Assembly: GCA_934130545.1 (NCBI GenBank)
Contig: CAKOYD010000003.1
Span: 15,430-79,429 of the forward strand
From: an uncultured Bacilli bacterium
GTDB lineage: Bacteria; Bacillota_I; Bacilli_A; RF39; UBA660
Direction: 5' to 3'
Length of the DNA: 64,000 bases
Below, piece by piece: positions 41,104-50,036 of this stretch; position 1 is the stretch's first letter; each line of letters begins with the position of its first letter. Below the pieces are notes generated by a model. It had not been told where the DNA came from, made no database searches, and was given only the letters and a program-made list of their open reading frames with translations. The translations under genes were made by a program, and so were the position numbers.

Positions 41104-41673
41104 CTATACTATAGTACTAGCTACACTTGTACTAAAGTTCTCCAGCGTTGAACTTGTCTCTGCTAAAGAAGCCCATGCAGCTTCATCGGCTGCAGCTAAT
41201 CCTTCTAATTTTTGTTTTTTCTTTTCTAATTCTTGTAATGTATTGGAATAACTACTAATTGTGTTATTAATATTTTTCTTTTCATCTTCAGTCAATCCAA
41301 TTTCATTTAGTTGATTTTTTGAGTTAGTTATAACGTTATTGGTCAAATTAATATCATGATTTATATCTGGTAATAGACTATCATCAAGTTCAGGTTCATC
41401 ACCTATGTAGTTTCTCATATTACTTAATGCAGTAGCAATAGCGTCTCGTGTGCTTATTGCGATAGAATGTCTTTTTTCCATTAAATCTCGATAGCTTTCC
41501 AATCGTGCTTTAAAAGCATCATAGACAGTGCCTTTTAGTTTCGTTCCAGTTTCTAATTCACTTATAAAATTATCTAATGCAGTACATAGTTCTCTGGCTT
41601 CAACAGAATCTGTAGCAAGTACACGCCAAGCACTAGAAAGCATATCATTTATTTCACTTTTAATAACTTTCAT
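41104..41673 (-). CDS. stand-alone LXG-like domain protein (about 189 aa)
   Basis: Start set to MKVIKSEIN (GAGGTG RBS). Helical N-domain with L-K-G (TKLKGTVYDAFKARLESY) at the position of the LXG motif. No toxin domain is attached. Confidence 0.55.
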   Translation of the reverse strand: MKVIKSEINDMLSSAWRVLATDSVEARELCTALDNFISELETGTKLKGTVYDAFKARLESYRDLMEKRHSIAISTRDAIATALSNMRNYIGDEPELDDSLLPDINHDINLTNNVITNSKNQLNEIGLTEDEKKNINNTISSYSNTLQELEKKKQKLEGLAAADEAAWASLAETSSTLENFSTSVASTIV

Positions 41674-41765
41674 CTCACACCTCACAATAACATTTTTTTA
41701 CATACTATAATAAGTATACCTTAGTTTATAAAATATATAAAGTTAAATTGACATAAAATTGACAA

Positions 41766-44117
41766 CTACATAGAAATAAATTCCAATAAGCCAATAAACA
41801 TATCAATAAACTTAGGTTCTAACTTATATTTCTTTAATTTTCTAATTTCTATTCTTTTCTTCTTTATTGATAAATCACTAAATATTATTTTATCTATTCT
41901 ATCTTTTAGGGTAGTTTCTATTTCCAAATCTTCAAGTATTGAGGATATTTCATCGTTAATAACTTGTGATGTAGATATTTCTATGTCAGTACCTTTTACT
42001 TTAACTTCAGCATTACTAACACTACTAATATCGTCAATAAATACTACTAAATCATTCTTATCTATATTATATTTAACTTCTTTTTTTGTACCATTAACTA
42101 ATACTTCTACACTATCGGGCATTTTAATATTCCTAAATCTAAGATAATAATTTCTTTTAAATTCTGGATAATTACCTTCTTTTTTCTTAATCTTAACTAC
42201 GTAGTCATTAGTTAAATAATCATAACTAATAGTAGTCATTAAGTATTCTTTATTAGTTAAATACTTATAAGATACTCCATCATCTTCATATAAGTCATAA
42301 CTACTAGAAGCCCCAGGAAATATTTGTAGTTCTAGGTTTGTTGGAATATTAATTGTCTTATCTAAAGAAAGTGGTATAATAGCGCCTTCTTTACAAAATA
42401 TTGGGTATTCATCATCACGATAGAAACTAACATAATATTTATTACCAATAAACTTTTTACCCGTAATAAAGTCATACCAAGTACCATTAGGTACAAATAC
42501 TCTTTGTACTACCCTATTCATAACTTTATTCTTAAGTTTTGTAATAGGTGCTATTAAAATACTTGAGCCAAAGAAATATTCATTACGATATCCTGGTTCA
42601 TCATAAGCCCTAGGATAACTATAATATAATGGTATAATTAAAGGCTTACCATACTTATGGTACATATAAGCTTCTGTATATATGTATGGAATAAGTCTAT
42701 TTCTCAAATTAAGATAATAATCAATAATATTCTGGTCTAGGCTATTCCATTTCCAAGGCTCTCTTTTATAATATTTACCACTGGCAGAAGCTAACATCAG
42801 AATAGGACTAAAAGTACCAAGTTGAATATATCTAATATATAATTCTCTATCTTCAATACCTCCATAAAATCCTCCAATAGCATGGGCTATCCAAGATACT
42901 CCTATATTAGCTGCTGATAAATTATAAAATGGTATAGCATTTAAAACATCCCAACTAACCTTGGTTTTTCCTGTATATAGAATTGGATATCTATGTGGTG
43001 CAATTCCAGCATTCCTTGTGAGAATAACATTACGTACTTCATCATTTAACATATTATAGTGATAATTATCTAATAACCATAACCCTTTCTTATCATTAAT
43101 ATTATAATAATCAATATTAAATATACTAGGTTGTCCTTTCATTAAAGGATTAATAATTGTATCAAAATATACCTTTATCTTATCATTGTTATATGGAACA
43201 AAAGATATTTTATCATCATTAATACTTTTTTTCTTTTTCTTACTAGTTACCGGAGGTAATATATTAACTAATTCTGGATATCTATCATTATCTTTCGTTA
43301 TAGATATATCAGGATTTATTGTTAATCCATACTTAATATTATAATAATCAAAATATTGTCTTATATTATTTTCATTAAATTTCTTACTATCTAATCGATA
43401 ATTATCTAGAGCTTTATCTCCTAAAATGAATACTGATAGCATTATATTACTCTTAATAAAGTTCTTAATTACTTCATCTACTTGATATATATTATAGTCT
43501 TCATCCTTATACCACCAATTACCTAAAGCATATCTAGGAATAAGCGTTGGATATCCCGTTAATAAAAAGTAATCTTGTAAACATAACCCTAAATCTTTCT
43601 TATACATAAATACATATATATCAGTCTCTTTATTTTCTCTCTCTACATAATTATTCCCATCAAATATTAAAGAATTAGAATCATCTATTGAGACAAAACC
43701 ATCCGTTGAGTATAAGCCTTTATCTAGTTTTAACTTATTATCAAAATCATCTAATGAATAATTTAAAGCTCCAAAGTTTCTGGCTTCAACATGACCTGGA
43801 TACCACTCTTTATCTGTACCATTTAAACTTATCTTTAAATTACTAGTAGCCATCATCTTAGTAGGAGCAATTGGTCTTTCCATAACATAAGTAAGTGTAA
43901 AATATGAGGTTTTAACTTGTAATAAAGTCTCTGTTGTATCTCTAAAGTAACTAACTTGAGGGAAGCTTCTATTAACTACTAAACTTGTCTTATGATCTTC
44001 AAAAATGCCTTTCTTATTATACTCTAGTCTAACTAATCTCTCTGATAATATAGTAATTCGATAATTATTTCCTTGAATAATGTTCTTACTATCAGCCCTT
44101 GTTAATATATCTTCCAT
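41766..44117 (-). CDS. glycoside hydrolase family 31-like protein
   Basis: GH31-like landmarks: PRYALGNWWYKDEDY and ...RNAGIAPHRYPILYTGK...HAIGGF (compare WxGD / DIGGF). Confidence 0.7.
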   Translation of the reverse strand: MEDILTRADSKNIIQGNNYRITILSERLVRLEYNKKGIFEDHKTSLVVNRSFPQVSYFRDTTETLLQVKTSYFTLTYVMERPIAPTKMMATSNLKISLNGTDKEWYPGHVEARNFGALNYSLDDFDNKLKLDKGLYSTDGFVSIDDSNSLIFDGNNYVERENKETDIYVFMYKKDLGLCLQDYFLLTGYPTLIPRYALGNWWYKDEDYNIYQVDEVIKNFIKSNIMLSVFILGDKALDNYRLDSKKFNENNIRQYFDYYNIKYGLTINPDISITKDNDRYPELVNILPPVTSKKKKKSINDDKISFVPYNNDKIKVYFDTIINPLMKGQPSIFNIDYYNINDKKGLWLLDNYHYNMLNDEVRNVILTRNAGIAPHRYPILYTGKTKVSWDVLNAIPFYNLSAANIGVSWIAHAIGGFYGGIEDRELYIRYIQLGTFSPILMLASASGKYYKREPWKWNSLDQNIIDYYLNLRNRLIPYIYTEAYMYHKYGKPLIIPLYYSYPRAYDEPGYRNEYFFGSSILIAPITKLKNKVMNRVVQRVFVPNGTWYDFITGKKFIGNKYYVSFYRDDEYPIFCKEGAIIPLSLDKTINIPTNLELQIFPGASSSYDLYEDDGVSYKYLTNKEYLMTTISYDYLTNDYVVKIKKKEGNYPEFKRNYYLRFRNIKMPDSVEVLVNGTKKEVKYNIDKNDLVVFIDDISSVSNAEVKVKGTDIEISTSQVINDEISSILEDLEIETTLKDRIDKIIFSDLSIKKKRIEIRKLKKYKLEPKFIDMFIGLLEFISM

Positions 44118-44254
44118 GGCACCAACTCCTATTTATTATAATTGTAGTATACCATAATTATTTACTTTTTTAAATAGATTAATGATTATTTTTTATGATA
44201 TTAGTAGTAGAACAATAAAAAGAGTATTATATTTCAATTACTCTTAATATAGTT

Positions 44255-45235
44255 TTATCTAGCACGACTATATACTTTTCCTTCTTTTAACTCAATATTG
44301 TGATAATAAAATAATTCACTGACTGTTACAGGCATATAACCTTTTTCTAACAATTTAGGTATTAATTTATCAACGGCATTAACACTTGATGTATATAAAT
44401 CATGCATTAAGATAATGTCCCCTTCTTTTACTTTAGATAAAATACTATTAACAATACGATCAGAACTATGATATTTCCAATCTAGGGTATCAATATTCCA
44501 TATAATAATGGGCATATTACTATTTTTTCTAATTCTCTTACTAGTTTGTCCATAACTTGGTCTAAATAAAGTGGGATATTTGCCAGTAATACTATAAATT
44601 AAATCGTTTGTTTTATCGATTTCTAATTTAATATTTTCTTGTTTTTGCCTGGATAATATTTTATGACTATAGGTATGATTACCTATTTCCATACCAGATT
44701 TATCCATCTTTTTAATTACTTCTTTTTCGTTATTAATATTTGTACCTACTAAAAAGAACGTAGCTTTTACTTGGTATTTATTTAAGATATCTAATAATCT
44801 ACTAGTGTTATGACTCGGCCCATCGTCAAATGTTAAGGCAATTAGTTTATAACCATTATAGATATTTTTGTTTAGATAGTTATAATTATTTAGAATACTC
44901 TTTTCTTCAGTTATTTGATTATTACTAGTATTTATGCAGAAGCATTTTTCTTGATAACTAGTAATATTATTATTAAATTTATAGATATAGAAATTAACAT
45001 GATAATTATTATCAATTAGGTTATAATCATAGTCAATAAAAGTATTTATGGCATTAGTGCTGTTAATAACAAATTCTTCAATATAGTTATCGATCTTTTT
45101 ATTATTAAAGTATGGGTAATTAATAGTAATATTATTGCCATGATAAACTCTATTAGATATTTCTTCTTTTTTAGATAAAAAAATAAATAGTAATATTATA
45201 CTTAAGATACAAATACTTTTTATTATTTTTTTCAT
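44255..45235 (-). CDS. polysaccharide deacetylase (NodB domain) with an N-terminal anchor and extra domain
   Basis: LTFDDGPS, GNHTYSH, FRPSYG and ILMHD are NodB motifs. Confidence 0.85.
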   Translation of the reverse strand: MKKIIKSICILSIILLFIFLSKKEEISNRVYHGNNITINYPYFNNKKIDNYIEEFVINSTNAINTFIDYDYNLIDNNYHVNFYIYKFNNNITSYQEKCFCINTSNNQITEEKSILNNYNYLNKNIYNGYKLIALTFDDGPSHNTSRLLDILNKYQVKATFFLVGTNINNEKEVIKKMDKSGMEIGNHTYSHKILSRQKQENIKLEIDKTNDLIYSITGKYPTLFRPSYGQTSKRIRKNSNMPIIIWNIDTLDWKYHSSDRIVNSILSKVKEGDIILMHDLYTSSVNAVDKLIPKLLEKGYMPVTVSELFYYHNIELKEGKVYSRAR

Positions 45236-45293
45236 AGTTCACCTACTAATAATATATTTATATTTAAGTAATAAAATTATTATTTATTGTTAT

Positions 45294-45869
45294 TTACAAA
45301 TCAAGATTATTAAATTTTACATCAAAACACTTTCTACTTGCTAAGTAATCACACATGTGAACAAAGCGTTCTAGTTCGTTTTTAGGTTTTGGTAAAACTT
45401 CTTTTTTAGTGAGATAGTCGTAGTTCCACTCACCCATATGGCTTTCAATCATGCTACACATTTTTCTAGTATCATCAATATCTAGAGACAATTCTTTAGC
45501 ATGGCTCATTATTAAGTTTGAAATAAGTAGTGGGTGGTCTACTCGCGTATATTCTTCTTCAGGGTCGCCTTTCTTTAAACCATCATGTAAGACTAATGCC
45601 ATAATGATTAAATCTTTTTCAGTATCCGTAAATTTACAACCGATAGTGTTATTACATAATAATTCATAAGCAAATCTCACGGCTAGTTTAGTGTGTTTTA
45701 ATAAACCATGTTTAGTTTTAGCAAATGTTGGGTGATATTTTCCAGTAGAAGATGCTGGAATATCGAAGAAATAATCTGGTAATAAGTTTATTAAATATTT
45801 TAAGTCTTCCTTTCTTTTGTCATCTTTAACATAATCTATTTCTTTAGTAAAATAACTTAATTTATCCAT
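45294..45869 (-). CDS. HD-domain phosphohydrolase
   Basis: ...YHP...H...LVLHDGLK... provides the H...HD...D pattern. Confidence 0.65.
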   Translation of the reverse strand: MDKLSYFTKEIDYVKDDKRKEDLKYLINLLPDYFFDIPASSTGKYHPTFAKTKHGLLKHTKLAVRFAYELLCNNTIGCKFTDTEKDLIIMALVLHDGLKKGDPEEEYTRVDHPLLISNLIMSHAKELSLDIDDTRKMCSMIESHMGEWNYDYLTKKEVLPKPKNELERFVHMCDYLASRKCFDVKFNNLDL

Positions 45870-45871
45870 AT

Positions 45872-46678
45872 TTAAACCTCCTTCTTAATGTTTACATCTA
45901 ATTTGTTATATGGTATTTCAATGTTATTATTATCTAGTGTTTTCTTTATTAGGGCTAATACTTTTCTTTTAACGCCAATATGAGTACAAGGCTTACATTC
46001 AATTGCTATTTGATATATTATTGAGGAACTAGCTAGTTCATTAAGTCCTAGTAATTCATAATTAATAACATTATCTATTTTTAAGATATCTTTTTGTAAG
46101 TCTTTTAATAATTTTTCTAGAACATCTAAGTCAGTTTGATATGATACCGGAACATCAATAACTAGCATAGTATTATTATTGCTATAATTTATTACTTCGG
46201 TAAAACTACTATTAGATATTACTTTAACTTCTCCGGTATAAGACTTTATTTTAGTATTCATAAGTCCTAGAGAGATTACTTCGCCTTTAAAGCCATTTAT
46301 TTCAATAATATCTCCAATTGAATATTTATCATCAAATATTATTAGAATTCCTGCTAGAAAGTCTTTGATAATATCTTGAAAAGCAAGACCTATTACGGCA
46401 GCAGCTATTCCTAGAGAGGCTATTATTTTACTAGTATCAATACCATATACTCCTAATATTGATAGAATTATAAAAGCGGTAAGTAAATATTTAATAATAT
46501 TTTTAACTAGTGAGATAATAGTATCATTTCTTTTACTAACTATTTTCTTTCTTTTTTTACTTTCATTCCATACTTTAGTTATTATTTTAGAAAATATATT
46601 ATAGATAATAAGTCCTAAAACAACATATATTAGTGGTTGATAAAACTTTTCTGATAAGAAAAACTTCATATACTTCAT
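45872..46678 (-). CDS. small-conductance mechanosensitive channel (MscS family)
   Basis: 3 TM segments plus the MscS beta-domain pattern (FDDKYSIGDIIEINGFKGEVISLGLMNTKI). Confidence 0.8.
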   Translation of the reverse strand: MKYMKFFLSEKFYQPLIYVVLGLIIYNIFSKIITKVWNESKKRKKIVSKRNDTIISLVKNIIKYLLTAFIILSILGVYGIDTSKIIASLGIAAAVIGLAFQDIIKDFLAGILIIFDDKYSIGDIIEINGFKGEVISLGLMNTKIKSYTGEVKVISNSSFTEVINYSNNNTMLVIDVPVSYQTDLDVLEKLLKDLQKDILKIDNVINYELLGLNELASSSIIYQIAIECKPCTHIGVKRKVLALIKKTLDNNNIEIPYNKLDVNIKKEV

Positions 46679-46685
46679 TCCCTTC

Positions 46686-47765
46686 TTAAATAAAATTTAT
46701 TAATATTTCATTAGATATATAAAAATATTTATCACTTATTCTTAGATAATTATTAGATACTTCTAATTTACCTTCTTTAATAAGAGAGATAACTATTTTA
46801 TTATCTAGTAAGTTTTCATGATATCTATTTTGGTAATTTGTAAGATTAATACCTTCTAATTTTCTAAATCCTAAGATAATAGTATTTTGTTTTTGAATAT
46901 CAACATCTTCATAGACACTATTATCTAAATATATACCTTTTAAGTATTTAGATATATTTTTGGTATTGGTTAAGCGATAGTTATTTAGATAACTGACCGC
47001 TGATAAGCCAAAGCCATAATATTCTTCATTATTCCAATAGACCAAGTTATGTTTAGATTCATAGTGTGGTTTTGCATAATTACTTGTTTCATAATGAATA
47101 TAACCATGTTTTTTTAGAGTATCATTTATATATTTATACATATTATAATCAATATCTTCATCGATATATTCTCTTTTATTTATCGAAAATATTGTATTAT
47201 CTTCAATAATTAGGCTATAGTAAGATAAGTGTGGAATATCTAATTTTAAGTAATTATCTAAATCTTCTTTAATAATATTAATATCACTATTTATTCCATA
47301 CATTAAGTCAATATTAATATTAGTTATGTTATTTTCTTTAAGCATATTTACTACTTTGAATACCATATCTTTATTGTGATCGCGATTTAGTTCTTTAATT
47401 ATTTTATCATTAAAACTTTGTACACCAATACTTACTCTATTTACTCCATATTCTTTTAATAGTTTTATTTTATCTAGTGATAATGATTCAGAGTTAACTT
47501 CAATAGTAAACTCTAGGTCATTAGATACTTTGAATATTTTAGTTATATTAAGTAATCTTTCTAATTCAGCGTAAGATAAACTACTAGGAGTACCTCCTCC
47601 AATATAGAGAGAAGATACTATTTCATTTTGATACCTAGTTTTAATTTCATTTTCTAAATTATCTAGATAATTAGATATAATTTTAGGGTTATAATACATT
47701 TTGCAGAAGTCACAGTAAGAACATATATTATTACAAAATGGAATATGAATATATACTGCTTTCAT
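46686..47765 (-). CDS. hemW: radical SAM heme chaperone HemW-like
   Basis: YIHIPFCNNICSYCDF (CxxxCxxC) with a HemN-like C-terminal domain. Confidence 0.85.
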   Translation of the reverse strand: MKAVYIHIPFCNNICSYCDFCKMYYNPKIISNYLDNLENEIKTRYQNEIVSSLYIGGGTPSSLSYAELERLLNITKIFKVSNDLEFTIEVNSESLSLDKIKLLKEYGVNRVSIGVQSFNDKIIKELNRDHNKDMVFKVVNMLKENNITNINIDLMYGINSDINIIKEDLDNYLKLDIPHLSYYSLIIEDNTIFSINKREYIDEDIDYNMYKYINDTLKKHGYIHYETSNYAKPHYESKHNLVYWNNEEYYGFGLSAVSYLNNYRLTNTKNISKYLKGIYLDNSVYEDVDIQKQNTIILGFRKLEGINLTNYQNRYHENLLDNKIVISLIKEGKLEVSNNYLRISDKYFYISNEILINFI

Positions 47766-47766
47766 A

Positions 47767-48429
47767 TTAATCTATTTTCCAATCTATTTCTTTTATATTA
47801 TTTTTTCTTAAGAATTCATTAGTTCTTGAGAATGGTTTACTACCAAAGAAACCTGAATATGCAGAAAATGGTGATGGATGTGGTGATGTGATAACTAAGT
47901 GAATTGGATTAGTGATATATTTAGCTTTACTTTTAGCAAAATTACCCCATAAGATAAATACTACAGGTGTTGTTTTTTCATTTACCTTTTTAATTACTTC
48001 ATCACTAAATTGTTCCCAGCCAATATTTTTATGACTTGCTGGTTTATCTTTTTCAACAGTAAAGACACTATTTAGAAGTAATACTCCTTCTCTAGCCCAT
48101 TTTTCTAAGTCTCCATTAGTGGATATGGTAATACCTAAATCATTATATAATTCTTTATAGATATTTTGAAGTGATGGTGGTAATCTTACTCCTTTAGATA
48201 CTGAGAAAGCAAGACCATTAGCTTCATTAATACCATGATATGGATCTTGACCTAAAATAACTACTTTAACATTATCATAGTCAGTTAGTTTAAAGGCTCT
48301 TAAAATATTACTTTTAGGTGGAAAGATAGTTTTTTCACGATATTCTTTATTAACAAACATAGCAATATTTTTAAAATAATCTTTTTGATATTCGTCTTTT
48401 AATATTTCATCCCAACTATTACCTATCAT
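47767..48429 (-). CDS. ung: uracil-DNA glycosylase
   Basis: GQDPYHG, PPSL.N and HPSPFSA motifs. Confidence 0.95.
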   Translation of the reverse strand: MIGNSWDEILKDEYQKDYFKNIAMFVNKEYREKTIFPPKSNILRAFKLTDYDNVKVVILGQDPYHGINEANGLAFSVSKGVRLPPSLQNIYKELYNDLGITISTNGDLEKWAREGVLLLNSVFTVEKDKPASHKNIGWEQFSDEVIKKVNEKTTPVVFILWGNFAKSKAKYITNPIHLVITSPHPSPFSAYSGFFGSKPFSRTNEFLRKNNIKEIDWKID

Positions 48430-48824
48430 TCATAATCACCTCGACTTGGACATGAACTAGTTTCTTCTTTAGGAGTAACTGTTACTTTACCATCATTATA
48501 TTTGACTATTATTGTACAATTACTTATATCTTCTTTAGTCATTGGGTTTATTAGACTATCATCTTTATTATTTGATGTTAAATAACCATTACTAGCCAAT
48601 TTCCCTAAAGTTATTTCTTCAGTATATGGACAGTTATTACCATAATAACATTCTTGATAATATGTTTCACTAGCTTTTTTTATTTCATCTACTAAAAATT
48701 GATAGTTTTTCTTCTTAGTATTATTTAGAACTGTGATAATAGAATAAGATGATATTCCTGCAATAATAGATAATATAACAATAGTACCTAATAATTCTAC
48801 TAGAGTAAATCCTTTATTATTCAT
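48426..48824 (-). CDS. prepilin-type N-terminal cleavage/methylation domain protein (pseudopilin/ComGC-like)
   Basis: MNNKGFTLVELLGTIVILSIIA is the class III signal (G/FTLxE). Its TGA stop overlaps the ung ATG (ATGA). Confidence 0.8.
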   Translation of the reverse strand: MNNKGFTLVELLGTIVILSIIAGISSYSIITVLNNTKKKNYQFLVDEIKKASETYYQECYYGNNCPYTEEITLGKLASNGYLTSNNKDDSLINPMTKEDISNCTIIVKYNDGKVTVTPKEETSSCPSRGDYE

Positions 48825-48921
48825 TACTTATACCTCCTTGATATCGTTAAATTAATTATACTATGAAGTATGAAAAAAGTAAATTAAACACGGAAAAAAA
48901 TGTATGACTTGCATACATTAA

Positions 48922-49152
48922 TTATGAATATTTCTTACTATCTATTAAAATTATATCATCACCTATTTTAACAATTTGTTGCCAGTTAACAGTTCTTTCT
49001 TCATTAGCAGTAAATCTTTTTATCTTTCTTTCTTCTACTATTAAGTTTTTTACTGTACCTTCTTGAGATACTACTACATCAATGATAATTCCTATTCTTT
49101 TACCACTATTAATATCTATTATTTCTTTTTTTTGTAATTCAGATAAGTACAT
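48922..49152 (-). CDS. YlmC/YmxH-family PRC-barrel sporulation protein
   Basis: 76 aa. ...SELQKKEIIDINSGKRIG.IIDV... matches the YlmC/YmxH pattern. Lies directly downstream of sigG. Confidence 0.8.
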   Translation of the reverse strand: MYLSELQKKEIIDINSGKRIGIIIDVVVSQEGTVKNLIVEERKIKRFTANEERTVNWQQIVKIGDDIILIDSKKYS

Positions 49153-49177
49153 ACTTACCTCCCTACTAGATTATATG

Positions 49178-49951
49178 TTATTTAACTAATTTTTTTATAG
49201 TATTAATAGCATTTTTTTCTATTCGAGATATTTGAGCTTGACTAATTCCTAGTTCACTAGCTATTTCCATTTGGGTTTTACCAATAACAAATCGATCATT
49301 TAGTACTTGTTGTTCTCTTATACTTAGTTTATTAATGGCTTTTTCAACAGACATTCTAGTTTCTAGATTAACATCATCTTTTTTATCCGCTATTTGGTCA
49401 AATAAATAGATAGTATCACCACCATCATTATATATTGGTTCATACATACTAACTGGTTCACGTAATGATTCAATAGCATTTACTACTTCATACTCAGAGA
49501 CTCCTAATAACTCTGCTATTTGTTTATTGGTTGGCTCTTTACCATCACTAGTGGTTAATTCTTCTTTTAGTTTTAATGTTTTATATGCAATATCTTTAAT
49601 ACTTCTAGATATTCTAAGAGAGGAATTATCTCTTAAATACCTTTTTATTTCTCCTACTATCATAGGACAGGCATAAGTTGATAATTTTACATCATATGAT
49701 GTATCAAAATTATCAATAGCTTTGACTAGTCCTAGGCATCCTACTTGGAATAAGTCATCTAAATTATCTGTTTTATTATAGAACTTTTTTAATATAGATA
49801 GTACTAATTTCATATTACCTTCGATTAATTCATCACGAGCGAAGGGATCTCCTTCGTTCATCTTTTTAAATAATTCTATTGTTTCTTGATTACTTAATAC
49901 TTTAATATTCGCAGTATTCACGCCACAAATTTCTACTTTATGACGTGCCAT
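49178..49951 (-). CDS. sigG: sporulation sigma factor SigG
   Basis: MARHKVEICGVNTANIKVLSN...GNMKLVLSILKKF...DDLFQVGCLGLVKAIDNFD closely parallels the B. subtilis SigG N-terminus as I recall it. A region 4 HTH is present. Confidence 0.88.
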   Translation of the reverse strand: MARHKVEICGVNTANIKVLSNQETIELFKKMNEGDPFARDELIEGNMKLVLSILKKFYNKTDNLDDLFQVGCLGLVKAIDNFDTSYDVKLSTYACPMIVGEIKRYLRDNSSLRISRSIKDIAYKTLKLKEELTTSDGKEPTNKQIAELLGVSEYEVVNAIESLREPVSMYEPIYNDGGDTIYLFDQIADKKDDVNLETRMSVEKAINKLSIREQQVLNDRFVIGKTQMEIASELGISQAQISRIEKNAINTIKKLVK

Positions 49952-50001
49952 ATATTATCTCCTTTCAAGATAATATTGGTATTATTTTACTAATTTTATA
50001 C

Positions 50002-50029
50002 AAAAAAACTTCGCTTTTATACGAAGTTT
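50002..50029 (-). terminator. intrinsic terminator upstream of sigG
   Basis: AAACTTCG-8 nt-CGAAGTTT followed by T7 on the minus strand. Confidence 0.8.
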
Positions 50030-50036
50030 AAAGTCA

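Noticed and set aside
49952-50001. Possible forespore sigma (F/G)-type promoter upstream of sigG (GTATA-17 nt-CAATATT)
   Set aside because: The -35-like GTATA fits, but the -10 differs from the remembered CATxHTA consensus at two positions. That is too weak to call without a position weight matrix.
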